Shown: positions 11,001 through 25,100 of the stretch, one piece after another
How the letters are laid out: the number at the start of each line of letters is the position of its first letter
Position numbering within the stretch: position 1 is the stretch's first letter
NCBI RefSeq assembly: GCF_009914755.1
Contig: NC_060946.1
Strand: one strand, 5' to 3'
Source: the human T2T-CHM13v2.0 reference genome, Homo sapiens
Length of the DNA stretch: 64,000 nucleotides
Position numbers and translations under genes: made by a program
The notes under the pieces: generated by a model
The model's input: the letters and a program-made list of their open reading frames with translations, nothing else
Told to the model about the DNA's origin: nothing
The model's database searches: none

Positions 11001-14000
11001 CTACAGAGGTTATTGTGAAATATCTCTGCACTGATAAACTAGGTGGTGTAACACTTGTCCAAGCTCTGCCTACAGGGGCTTTTCCACATATCCCTGAACT
11101 GATGACAAAGGTGATATAACTCTTGCCTAGGCTTTGCCTACAGGGAACATTGGACATATATCTGCACTGATCACCCAGGTGATGCAACTCTTGCCTAGGC
11201 TTTGCCTACAGGGGACATTGAGACATATCTCTTCAATGATCACTCATGTGATGCATCTCTTGCCTAGGCTTTGCGTACAGGGGACATTGTGACATATCTC
11301 TGCACTGATCTCCCAGGTGCTGTAACTTTAGTCTAGGCTCTGGCTACACGGCATTGTGACATATCAATGCACTGATCAACCAGGTGATATAACTCTTCTC
11401 TAGGATCTGCCTACAGGGTACTTTGTGACATATCCCTGCACTGATCACCCAGGTGATCTAACTCTGGTCTAAGCTCTGCGTAAAGGGGCATTGTGACAGA
11501 TCTCTGCACTGATCCCTCTGGTGATGTAAGTATTGTCTAGGCTCTGCTTCAAGGGGCCTTGTCACATATCCCTGCACTGATCACCCAGGTGATGTAACTC
11601 TTGTCTAGGCTCTGCTTCCAGGGCATATTGTGACATATCTATGCACTGATCACCTTATGGATGTAACATTTTGGTAGGCTCGGCCTACAGGGGAATCTTG
11701 ACATATCTCTGCACTGTTAACCGAGGTGATTTAACTCTTGTCTAGGCTGTGCCCACAGGGGGATTGAGACATATCTCTGCACTGATCCCGAGGTGATACA
11801 AGTCTTGCCTGGTCTCTGCCTACTGTGGACATTGTGACATATCTCTGCACTGATCTCCCAGGTGCTGTAACTTTAGTCTAGGCTCCGGCTACACGGCATT
11901 GTGACATATCGCGGCACTGATCACCCAGGCGATATACCTCTTCTCTAGGATCTGACCACAGGGTGCTTTGTGACATAACCCTGCAATGATCACCCAGGTG
12001 ATATACCACTTGCCAAGGCTCTGCCTACAGGGGCATTGCAATGTATCTCTGCACTGATCACCTAAGTCTTGTAGCTAATTTCTAGGATCAGCCTACAGGG
12101 TGCTTTGTGACGTGTCCCATCAAGGATTACCCAGGTGATGTACCTCTCATCAAGGCTCTGCCTACAGGCACATTGTGATGTATCTCTGCACTGATCACCT
12201 AGGTCATCTAACTTTTTTCTAGGCTCTACCTACGATGGCATTGTGACATATCTCTGCACTAATCATCCAAGTGATATAACACTTGTCTAGGATGTGCCTA
12301 AATTAACTTTTTGATATAACCCTGTACTGATCATCCAGGTGATGGAGCTTTTGTCTAGGCTCTGCCTAAGGGGGCATTGTGACATATTTCTGCATTGATC
12401 ACCCAGGTGGCGAACTCTTCTCTCGGATCTGCCTATGGGGGCATTGTGAGAAATCTCTGCACTGATCACCCAGGTGATGTAACTGTTGTGTTACCTCTGC
12501 CTACAGGTTAATTGTGAGAGATCTCGTCACTGATTACCCAACTGATGTAACCATTGTCTAGGCTTTGCGTACAGGGGGCTTTGTGACATACCTTTGCACT
12601 GATCACCCAGGTGATGTAACACATCAAATTTCGGCCTAAAGGAGCTTTGTGACATATCTCTGCACTGATCACTTAGGTGATGTAACACTTTTATAATCAC
12701 TGCCTACAGGGAATTTTGACAAATCTCTGCACTGATCACCTAGGTGATGTAACTCTTGTCTACCCTCTGTCCAACGGGGCATTGTGAAATATCTCTGCAC
12801 TGATCACCCTGGTGATTCAACTCTTGACTAGGAACTGCCTACAGAGGTTATTGTGAAATATCTCTGCACTGATAAACTAGGTGGTGTAACCCTTGTCCAA
12901 GCTCTGCCTACAGGGGCGTTTCCACATATCCCTGAACTGATGACAAAGGTGATGTAACTCTTGCCTAGGCTTTGCCTACAGGGAACATTGGACATATATC
13001 TACACTGATCACCCAGGTGATGCAACTCTTGCCTAGGCTTTGCCTACAGGGGACATTGTGACATATCTCTTCAATGATCACTCATGTGATGCATCTCTTG
13101 CCTAGGATTTGCGTACAGGGGACATTGTGACATATCTCTGCACTGATCTCCCAGGTGCTGTAACTTTAGTCTAAGCTCTGGCTACACGGCATTGTGACAT
13201 ATCACTGCACTGATCAACCAGGTGATATAACTCTTGTATGGGCTCTGCCTACAGGGCGATTGTGACCTACCTCTGCACTGATCACCCAGGTGATATAACT
13301 CTTCTCTAGGATGTGCCTACAGGGTAATTTGTGACATATCCCTGCACTGATCACCCAGGTGATCTAACTCTTGTCTAAGCTCTGCCTAAAGGGGCATTGT
13401 GACAGATCTCTGCACTGATCCCTCTGGTGATGTAAGTATTGTCTAGGCTCTGCTTCAAGGGGCCTTGTCACATATCGCTGCACTGATCACCCAGGTGATG
13501 TAACTCTTGTCTAGGCTCTGCTTCCAGGCCATATTGTGACATATCTATGCACTGATCACCTTAGTGATGTAACACTTTGGTAGGCTCGGCCTACAGGGGA
13601 ATCTTGACATATCTCTGCACTGTTAACCGAGGTGATTTATCTCTTGTCTAGGCTGTGCCCACAGGGGGATTGAGACATATCTCTGCACTGATCCCGAGGT
13701 GATACAACTCTTGCCTGGTCTCTGCCTACTGTGGATATTGTGACATATCTCTTCACTGATCTCCCAGGTGCTGTAACTTTAGTCTAGGCTCCGGCTACAC
13801 GGCACTGTGACATATCACTGCACTGATCACCCAGGCGATATAACTCTTCTCTAGGATCTGACCACAGGGTGCTTTGTGACATATCCCTGCAATGATCACC
13901 CAGGTGATATACCACTAGCCAAGGCTCTGCCTACAGGGGCATTGCAATGTATCTCTGCACTGATCACCTAGGTCTTGTAGCTATTTTCTAGGATCTGCCT

Positions 14001-17000
14001 ACAGGGTGCTTTGTGACGTGTCCCAGCAAGGATTACCCAGGTGGTGTACCTCTCATCAAGTCTCTGCCTACAGGCACATTGTGATGTATCTCTGCACTGA
14101 TCACCTATGTCATGTAACTTTTTTCTAGGCTCTACCTACGATGGCATTGTGACATATCTCTGCACTAATCATCCAAGTGATGTAACTCTTGTCTAGGATG
14201 TGCCTAAATTAACTTTTTGACATAACCCTGTACTGATCATCCAGGTGATGGAGCTTTTGTCTAGGCTCTGCCTAAGGGGGCATTGTGACATATTTCTGCA
14301 TTGATCACCCAGGTGGCGAACTCTTCTCTCGGATCTGCCTATGGGGGCATTGTGAGAAATCTCTGCACTGATCACCCAGGTGATGTAACTGTTGTGTAAC
14401 CTCTGCCTACAGGGGAACTGTGAGAGATCTCGTCACTGATTACCCAAGTGATGTAACCATTGTCTAGGCTTTGCGTACAGGGGGCTTTGTGACATACCTT
14501 TGCACTGATCACCCAGGTGATGTAACACATCTAAGTTCGGCCTAAAGGAGCTTTGTGACATATCTCTGCACTGATCACTTAGGTGATGTAACACTTTTAT
14601 AATCACTGCCTACAGGGAATTTTGACAAATCTCTGTACTGATCACCTAGGTGATGGAACTCTTGTCTACCCTCTGTCCAACGGGGCATTGTGAAATGTCT
14701 CTGCACTGATCACCCAGATGATTCAACTCTTGACTAGGAACTGCCTACAGAGGTTATTGTGAAATATCTCTGCACTGATAAACTAGGTGGTGTAACCCTT
14801 GTCCAAGCTCTGCCTACAGGGGCTTTTCCACATATCCCTGAACTGATGACAAAGGTGATGTAACTCTTGCCTAGGCTTTGCCTACAGGGAACATTGGACA
14901 TATATCTGCACTGATCACCCAGGTGATGCAACTCTTGCCTAGGCTTTGCCTAAAGGGGACATTGTGACATATCTCTTCAATGATCACTCATGTGATGCAT
15001 CTCTTGCCTAGGCTTTGCGTACAGGGGACATTGTGACATATCTCTGCACTGATCTCCCAGGTGCTGTAACTTTAGTCTAGGCTCTGGCTACACGGCGTTG
15101 TGACATATCAATGCACTGATCAACCAGGTGATATAACTCTTGTATAGGCTCTGCCTACAGGGGGATTGTGACCTACCTCTACACTTATCACCCAGGTGAT
15201 ATAACTCTTCTCTAGGAGCTGCCTACAGGGTACTTTTTGACATATCCCTGCACTGATCACCCAGGTGATCTAACTCTGGTCTAAGCTCTGCGTAAAGGGG
15301 CATTGTGACAGATCTCTGCACTGATCCCTCTGGTGATGTAAGTATTGTCTAGGCTCTGCTTCAAGGGGCCTTGTCACATATCTCTGCACTGATCACCCAG
15401 GTGATGTAACTCTTGTCTAGGCTCTGCTTCCAGGGCATATTGTGACATATCTATGCACTGATCACCTTAGTGATGTAACACTTTGGTAGGCTCGGCCTAC
15501 AGGGGAATCTTGACATATCTCTGCCCTGTTAAACGAGGTGATTTAACTCTTGTCTAGGCTGTGCCCACAGGGTGATTCAGACATATCTCTGCACTGATCC
15601 CGAGGTGATCCAACTCTTGCCTGGTCTCTGCCTACTGTGGACATTGTGACATATCTCTGCACTGATCTCCCAGGTGCTGTAACTTTAGTCTAGGCTCCGG
15701 CTACACGGCATTGTGACATATCACTGCACTGATCACCCAGGCGATATAACTCTTCTCTAGGATCTGACCACAGGGTGCTTTGTGACATATCCCTGCAATG
15801 ATCACCCAGGTGATATACCACTTGCCAAGGCTCTGTCTACAGGGGCATTTCAATGTATCTCTGCACTGATCACCTAGGTCTTGTAGCTAATTTCTAGGAT
15901 CAGCCTACAGGGTGCTTTGTGACGTGTCCCAGCAAGGATTACCCAGGTGATGTACCTCTCATCAAGGCTCTGCCTACAGGCACATTGTGATGTATCTCTG
16001 CACTGATCACCTAGGTCATGTAACTTTTTTCTAGGCTCTACCTACGATTGCATTGTGACATATCTCTGCACTAATCATCCAAGTGATATAACTCTTGTCT
16101 AGGATGTGCCTAAATTAACTTTTTGACATAACCCTGTACTGATCATCCAGGTGATGGAGCTTTTGTCTAGGCTCTGCCTAAGGGGGCATTGTGACATATT
16201 TCTGCATTGATCACCCAGGTGGCGAACTCTTCTCTCGGATCTGCCTATGGGGGCATTGTGAGAAATCTCTGCACTGATCACCCAGGTGATGTAACTGTTG
16301 TGTTACCTCTGCCTACAGGTTAATTGTGAGAGATCTCGTCACTGATTACCCAAGTGATGTAACCATTGTCTAGGCTTTGCGTACAGGGGGCTTTGTGACA
16401 TACCTTTGCACTGATCACCCAGGTGATGTAACACATCAAAGTTCGGCCTAAAGGAGCTTTGTGACATATCTCTGCACTGATCACTTAGATGATGTAACAC
16501 TTTTATAATCACTGCCTACAGGGAATTTTGACAAATCTCTGCACTGATCACCTAGGTGATGTAACTCTTGTCTACCCTCTGTCCAACGGGGCATTGTGAA
16601 ATATCTCTGCACTGATCACCCAGGTGATTCAATTCTTGACCAAGAACTGCCTACAGAGGTTATTTTGAAATATCTCTGCACTGATAAACTAGGTGGTGTA
16701 ACCCTTGTCCAAGCTCTGCCTACAGGGGCGTTTCCACATATCCCTGAACTGATAACAAAGGTGATGTAACTCTTGCCTAGGCTTTGCCTACAGGGGACAT
16801 TGGACATATATCTGCACTGATCACCCAGGTGATGCAACTCTTACCTAGGCTTTGCCTACAGGGGACATTGTGACATATCTCTTCAATGATCTCTCATGTG
16901 ATGCATCTCTTGCCTAGGCTTTGCCTAGAGGGGACATTGTGACATATCTCTGCCCTGATCTCCCAGGTGCTGTAACTTTAGTCTAGGCTCTGGCTACATG

Positions 17001-20000
17001 GCATTGTGACATATCACTGCACTGATCAACCAGGTGATATAAATCTTGTATAGGCTCTGCCTACAGGGGGATTGTGACCTACCTCTGCACTGATCACCCA
17101 GGTGATATAACTCTTCTCTAGGATCTGCCTACAGGGTACTTTGTGACATATCCCTGCACTGATCACCCAGGTGATCTAACTCTGGTCTAAGCTCTGCCTA
17201 AAGGGGCATTGTGACAGATCTCTGCACTGATCACTCTGGTGATGTAAGTATTGTCTAAGCTCTGCTTCAAGGGGCCTTGTCACATATCTCTGCACTGATC
17301 ACCCAGGTGATGTAACTCTTGTCTAGGCTCTGCTTCCAGGGCATATTATGACATATCTATGCACTGATCACCTTAGTGATGTAACACTTTGGTAGGCTCG
17401 GCCTACAGGGGAATCTTGACATATCTCTGCACTGTTAACCGAGGTGATTTAACTCTTGTCTAGGCTGTGCCCACAGGGGGATTGAGACATATCTCTGCAC
17501 TGATCCCGAGGTGATACAACTCTTGCCTGGTCTCTGCCTACTGTGGACATTGTGACATATCTCTGCACTGATCTCCCAGGTGCTGTAACTTTAGTCTAGG
17601 CTCTGGCTACACGGCATTGTGACTTATCACTGCACTGATCACCCAGGCGATATAACTCTTCTCTAGGATCTGACCACAGGGTGCTTTGTGACATATCCCT
17701 GCAATGATCACCCAGGTGATATACCACTTGCCAAGGCTCTGCCTACAGGGGCATTGCAATGTATCTCTGCACTGATCACCTAGGTCTTGTAGCTATTTTC
17801 TAGGATCTGCATACAGGGTGCTTTGTGACGTGTCCCAGCAAGGATTACCCAGGTGATGTACCTCTCTTCAAGGCTCTGCCTACAGGCACATTGTGGTGTG
17901 TCTCTGCACTGATCACCTAAGTCATGTACCATTTTTCTAGGCTCTACCTACGATGGCATTGTGACATATCTCTGCACTAATCATCCAAGTGTTGTAACTC
18001 TTGTTTAGGATGTGCCTAAATTAAGATTTTGACATAACCCTGTACTTATCAACCAGGTGATGGAGCTTTTGTCTAGGCTCTGCCGAAGGGGGCATTGTGA
18101 CATATTTCTGCATTGATCACCCAGGTGACGAACTCTTCTCTCGGATCTGCCTATGGGGGCATTGTGAGAAATCTCTGCACTGATCACCCAGGTGATGTAA
18201 CTGTTGTGTAACCTCTGCCTACAGGGGAATTGTGAGAGATCTCGTCACTGATTACCCAAGTGATGTAACCATTTTCTAGGCTTTGCGTATAGGGGGCTTT
18301 GTGACATACCTTTGCACTGATCACCCAGGTGATGTAACACATCTAAGTTTGGCCTAAAGGAGCTCTGTGACATATCTCTGCACTGATCACTTAGGTGATG
18401 TAACACTTTTATATTCACTGTCTTCAGGGAATTTTGTCAAATCTCTGCACTGATCACCTAGGTGATGTAACTCTTGTCTACCCTCTGTCCAATGGGGCAT
18501 TGTGAAATATCTCTGCACTGATCACCCAGGTGATTCAACTCTTGACTAGGAACTGCCTACAGAGTTTATTGTGAAATATCTCTGCACTGATAAACTAGGT
18601 GGGGTAAACCTTGTCCAAGCTCTGCCTACAGGGGCGTTTCCACATATCCCTGAACTGATGACAAAGGTGATGTAACTCTTGCCTAGGCTTTGCCTACAGG
18701 GAACATTGGACATATATCTGCACTGATCACCCAGGTGATGCAACTCTTGCCTAGGCTTTGCCTTCAGGGGACATTGTGACATATCTCTTCAATGATCACT
18801 CATGTGATGCATCTCTTGCCTAGGCTTTGCCTACAGGGGACATTGTGACATATCTCTGCACTGATCTCCGAGGTGCTGTAACTTTAGTCTAGGCTCTGGC
18901 TACACGGCATTGTGACATATCACTGCACTGATCAACCAGGTGATATAACTCTTGTATAGGCTCTGCCTACAGGGGGATTGTGACCTAGCTCTGCACTGAT
19001 CACCCAGGTGATATAAGTCTTCTCTAGGATCTGCCTAAGGGTACTTTGTGACATATCCCTGCACTGATCACCCAGGTGATCCAACTCTGGTCTAACCTCT
19101 GCCTATAGGGGCATTGTGACAGATCTCTGCACTGATCCCTCTGGTGATGTAACTCTTGTCTAGGCTCTGCTTCAAGGGGCCTTGTCACATATCTCTGCAC
19201 TGATCACCCAGGTGATGTAACTCTTGTCTAGGCTCTGCTTCCAGGGCATATTGTGACATATCTATGCACTGATCACCTTAGTGATGTAACACTTTGGTAG
19301 GCTCGGCCTACAGGGGAATCTTGACATATCTCTGCACTGTTAACCGAGGTGATTTAACTCTTGTCTAGGCTGTGCCCACAGGGGGGTTGAGACATATCTC
19401 TGCACTGATCCCGAGGTGATCCAACTCTTGCCTGGTCTCTGCCTACTGTGGATATTGTGACATATCTCTGCACTGTTCTCCCAGGTGCTGTAACTTTAGT
19501 CTAGGCTCTGCCTACACGGCATTGTGACATATCACTGCACTGATCACTCCGGCGATATAACTCTTCTCTAGGATCTGACAACAGGGTGCTTTGTGACATA
19601 TCTTTGCAATGATCACCCAGGTGATATACCACTTGCCAAGGCTCTGCCTACAGGGGCATTGCAATGTATCTCTGCACTGATCACCTAGGTCTTGTAGCTA
19701 TTTTCTAGGATCTGCCTACAGGGTGCTTTGTGACGTGTCCCAGCAAGGATTACCCAGGTGATGTACCTCTCATCAAGGCTCTGCCTACAGGCACATTGTG
19801 ATGTATCTCTGCACTGATCACCTAGGTCATGTAACTTTTTTCTAGGCTCTACCTACGATGGCATTGTGAAATATCACTGCACTAATTATCCAAGTGATGT
19901 AACTCTTGTCTAGGATGTGCCTAAATTAACTTTTTGACATAACCCTGTACTGATCATCCAGGTGATGGAGCTTTTGTCTAGGCTCTGCCTAAGGGGGCAT

Positions 20001-22128
20001 TGTGACATATTTCTGCATTGATCACCCAGGTGTCGAACTCTTCTCTCGGATCTGCCTATGGGGGCATTGTGAGAAATCTCTGCACTGATCACCCACGTGA
20101 TGTAACTGTTGTGTAACCTCTGCCTACAGGGGAATTGTGAGAGATCTCGTCACTCATTACCCAAGTGATGTAACCATTGTCTAGGCTTTGCATACAGGGG
20201 GCTTTGTGACATACCTTTGCACTGATCACCTAGGTGATGTAACACATCTAAGTTCGGCCTAAAGGAGCTTTGTGACATATCTCTGCACTGATCACTTAGG
20301 TGATGTAACACTTTTATAATCACTGCCTACAGGGAATTTTGACAAATCTCTGCACTGATCATCTAGGTGATGTAACTCTAGTCTACCCTCTGTCCAACGG
20401 GGCATTGTGAAATGTCTCTGCACTGATCACCCAGGTGATTCAACTCTTGACTAGGAACTGCCTACAGAGGTTATTGTGAAATATCTCTGCACTGATAAAA
20501 TAGGTGGTGTAACCATTGTCCAAGCTCTGCCTACAGGGGCGTTTCCACATATCCCTGAACTGATGACAAAGGTGATGTAACTCTTGCCTAGGCTTTGCCT
20601 ACAGGGAACATTGGACATATATCTGCACTGATCACCCAGGTGATGCAACTCTTGCCTAGGCTTTGCCTACAGGGGACATTGTGACTTATCTCTTCAATGA
20701 TCACTCATGTGATGCATCTCTAGCCTAGGCTTTGCCTACAGGGGACATTGTGACATATCTCTGCACTGATCTCCCAGGTGCTGTAACTTTAGTCTAGGCT
20801 CTGGCTACATGGCATTGTGACATATCACTGCACTGATCAACCAGGTGATATAACTCTTGTATAGGCTCTGCCTACAGGGGGATTGTGACCTACCTCTGCA
20901 CTGATCACCCAGGTGATATAACTCTTCTCTAGGATCTGCCTACAGGGTACTTTGTGACATATCCCTGCACTGATCACCCAGGTGATCTAACTCTGGTCTA
21001 AGCTCTGCCTAAAGGGGCATTGTGACAGATCTCTGCACTGATCACTCTGGTGATGTAAGTATTGTCTAGGCTCTGCTTCAAGGGGCCTTGTCACATATCT
21101 CTGCACTGATCACCCAGGTGATGTAACTCTTGTCTAGGCTCTGCTTCCAGGGCATATTGTGACATATCTATGCACTGATCACCTTAGTGATGTAACACTT
21201 TGGTAGGCTCGGCCTACAGGGGAATCTTGACATATCTCTGCACTGTTAACCGAGGTGATTTAACTCTTGTCTAGGCTGTGCCCACAGGGGAATTGAGACA
21301 TATCTCTGCACTGATCCCGAGGTGATACAACTCTTCCCTGGTCTCTGCCTACTGTGGACATTGGGACATATCTCTGCACTGATCTCCCCGGTGCTGTAAC
21401 TTTAGTCTAGGCTCTGGCTACACGGCATTGTGACATATCACTGCACTGATCACCCAGGCGATATAACTCTTCTCTAGGATCTTACCTCGGGGTGCTTTGT
21501 GACATATCCCTGCAATGATCACCCAGGTGATATACCACTTGCCAAGGCTCTGCCTACAGGGGCATTGCAATGTATCTCTGCACTGATCACCTAGGTCTTG
21601 TAGCTATTTTCTAGGATCTGCCTACAGGGTGCTTTATGACGTGTCCCAGCAAGGATTTCCCAGGTGATGTACCTCTCATCAAGGCTCTGCCTACAGGCAC
21701 ATTGTGATGTATCTCTGCACTGATCACCTCGGTCATGTAACTTTTTTCTAGGCTCTACCTACGATGGCATTGTGACATATCTCTACACTAATCATCCAAG
21801 TGATGTACTCTTGTCTAGGATGTGCCTAAATTAACTTTTTGACATAACCCTGTACTGATCATCCAGGTGATGGAGCTTTTGTCTAGGCTCTGCCTAAGGG
21901 GGCATTGTGACATATTTCTGCATTGATCACCCAGGTGGCGAACTCTTCTCTCGGATCTGCCTATGGGGGCCTTGTGAGAAATCTCTGCACTGATCACCCA
22001 GCTGATGTAACTGTTGTGTAACCTCTGCCTATAGGGGAATTGTGAGAGATCTCGTCACTCATTACCCAAGTGATGTAACCATCGTCTAGGCTTTGCGTAC
22101 AGCGGGCTTTGTGACATACCTTTGCACT

Positions 22129-25100
22129 GATCACCCAGGTGATGTAACACATCTATGTTCGGCCTAGAGGACCTTTGTGACATATCTCTGCACTGATCAC
22201 TTAGGTGATGTAACACTTTTATAATCACTGCCTACAGGGAATTTTGACAAATCTCTGCACTGATCACCTAGGTGATGTAACTCTTGTCTACCCTCTGTCC
22301 AACGGGGCATTGTGAAATATCTCTGCACTGATCACCCAGGTGATTCAACTCTTGACTAGGAACTGCCTACAGAGGTTATTGTGAAATATCTCTGCACTGA
22401 TAAACTAGGTGGTGTAACCCTTGTCCAAGCTCTGCCTACAGGGTCGTTTCCACATATCCCTGAACTGATGACAAAGGTGATGTAACTCTTGCCTAGGCTT
22501 TGCGTACAGGGAACATTGGACATATATCTGCACTGATCACCCAGGTGATGCAACTCTTGCCTAGGCTTTGCCTACAGGGGACATTGTGACATTTCTCTTC
22601 AATGATCACTCATGTGATGCATCTCTTGCCTAGGCTTTGCCTACAGGGGACATTGTGACATATCTCTGCACTGATCTCCCTGGTGCTGTAACTTTAGTCT
22701 AGGCTCTGGCTACACGGCATTGTGACCTACCTCTGCACTGATCACCCAGGTGATATAACTCTTCTCTAGGATCTGCCTACAGGGTACTTTGTGACATATC
22801 CCTGCACTGATCACCCAGGTGATCTAACTCTGGTCTAAGCTCTGCCTAAAGGGGCATTATGACAGATCTCTGCACTGATCACTCTGGTGATGTAAGTATT
22901 ATCTAGGCTCTGCTTCAAGGCGCCTTGTCACATATCTCTGCACTGATCACCCAGGTGATGTAACTCTTGTCTAGGCTCTGCTTCCAGGGCATATTGTGAC
23001 ATATCTATGCACTGATCAACTTAGTGATGTAACACTTTGGTAGGCTCGGCCTACAGGGGAATCTTGACATATCTCTGCACTGTTAACCGAGGTGATTTAA
23101 CTCTTGTCTAGGCTGTTCCCACAGGGGGATTGAGACATATCTCTGCACTGATCCCGAGGTGATAGAACTCTTGCCTGGTCTCTGCCTACTGTGGACATTG
23201 TGACATATCTCTGCACTGATCTCCCAAGTGCTGTAACTTTAGTCTAGGCTCCGGCTACACGGCATTGTGACATATCACTGCACTGATCACCCAGGCGATA
23301 TAACTCTTCTCTAGGATCTGACCACAGGGTGCTTTGTGACATATCCCTGCAATGATCACCCAGGTGATATACCACTTGCCAAGTCTCTGCCTACAGGGGC
23401 ATTGCAATGTATCTCTGCACTGATCACCTAGGTCTTGTAGCTATTTTCTAGGATCTGCCTACAGGGTGCTTTGTGACGTGTCCCAGCAAGGATTACCCAG
23501 GTGATGTACCTCTCATCAAGGCTCTGCCTACAGGCACATTGTGATGTATCTCTGCACTGATCACCTCGGTCATGTAACTTTTTTCTAGGCTCTACCTACG
23601 ATGGCATTGTGACGTATCTCTGCACTAATCATCCAAGTGATATAACTCTTGTCTAGGATGTGCCTAAATTAACTTTTTGACATAACCCTGTACTGATCAT
23701 CCAGGTGATGGAGCTTTTGTCTAGGCTCTGCCTAAGGGGGCATTGTGACATATTTCTGCATTGATCACCCAGGTGGCGAACTCTTCTCTCGGATCTGCCT
23801 ATGGGGGCATTGTGAGAAATCTCTGCACTGATCACCCAGCTGATGTAACTGTTGTGTAACCTCTGCCTACAGGGGAATTGTGAGAGATCTCGTCACTGAT
23901 TACCCAAGTGATGTAACCTTTGTCTAGGCTTTGCGTACAGGGGGCTTTGTGACATACCTTTGCACTGATCACACAGGTGATGTAACACATCTAAGTTCGG
24001 CCTAAAGGAGCTTTGTGACATATCTCTGCACTGATCACTTAGGTGTTGTAACACTTTTATAATCACTGCCTACAGGGAATTTGCACAAATCTCTGCACTG
24101 GTCACCTAGGTGATGTAACTCTTGTCTACCCTCTGTCCAACGGGGCATTGTGAAATATCTCTGCACTGATCACCCAGGTGATTCAACTCTTGACTAGGAA
24201 CTTCCTACAGAGGTTATTGTGAAATATCTCTGCACTGATAAACTAGGTGGTGTAACCCTTGTCCAAGCTCTGCCTACAGGGGCGTTTCCACATATCCCTG
24301 AACTGATGACAAAGGTGATGTAACTCTTGCCTAGGCTTTGCCTACAGGGAACATTGGATATATATCTGCACTGATCACCCAGGTGATGCAACTCTTGCCT
24401 AGGCTTTGCCTACAGGGGACATTGTGACATATCTCTGCACTGATCTCCCAGGTGCTGTAACCTTAGTCTAGGCTCTGGCTACACGGCATTGTGACCTACC
24501 TCTGCACTGATCACCCAGGTGATATAACTCTTCTCTAGGTTCTGCCTACAGGGTACTTTGTGACATATCCCTGCACTGATCACCCAGGTGATCTAACTCT
24601 GGTCTAAGCTCTGCCTAAAGGGGCATTGTGACAGATCTCTGCACTGATCACTCTGGTGATGTAAGTATTGTCTAGGCTCTGCTTCAAGGGGCCTTGTCAC
24701 ATATCTCTGCACTGTTCACCCAGGTGATGTAACTCTTGTCTAGGCTCTGCTTCCAGGGCATATTGTGACATATCTATGCACTGATCACCTTAGTGGTGTA
24801 ACACTTTGGTAGGCTCGGCCTACAGGGGAATCTTGACATATCTCTGCACTGTTAACCGAGGTGATTTAACTCTTGTCTAGGCTGTGCCCACAGGGGGATT
24901 GAGACATATCTCTGCACTGATCCCGAGGTGATACAACTCTTGCCTGGTCTCTGCCTACTGTGGACATTGGGACATATCTCTGCACTGATCTCCCAGGTGC
25001 TGTAACTTTAGTCTAGGCTCTGGCTACACGGCATTGTGACATATCACTGCACTGATCACCCAGGCGATATAACTCTTCTCTAGGATCTGACCACAGGGTG

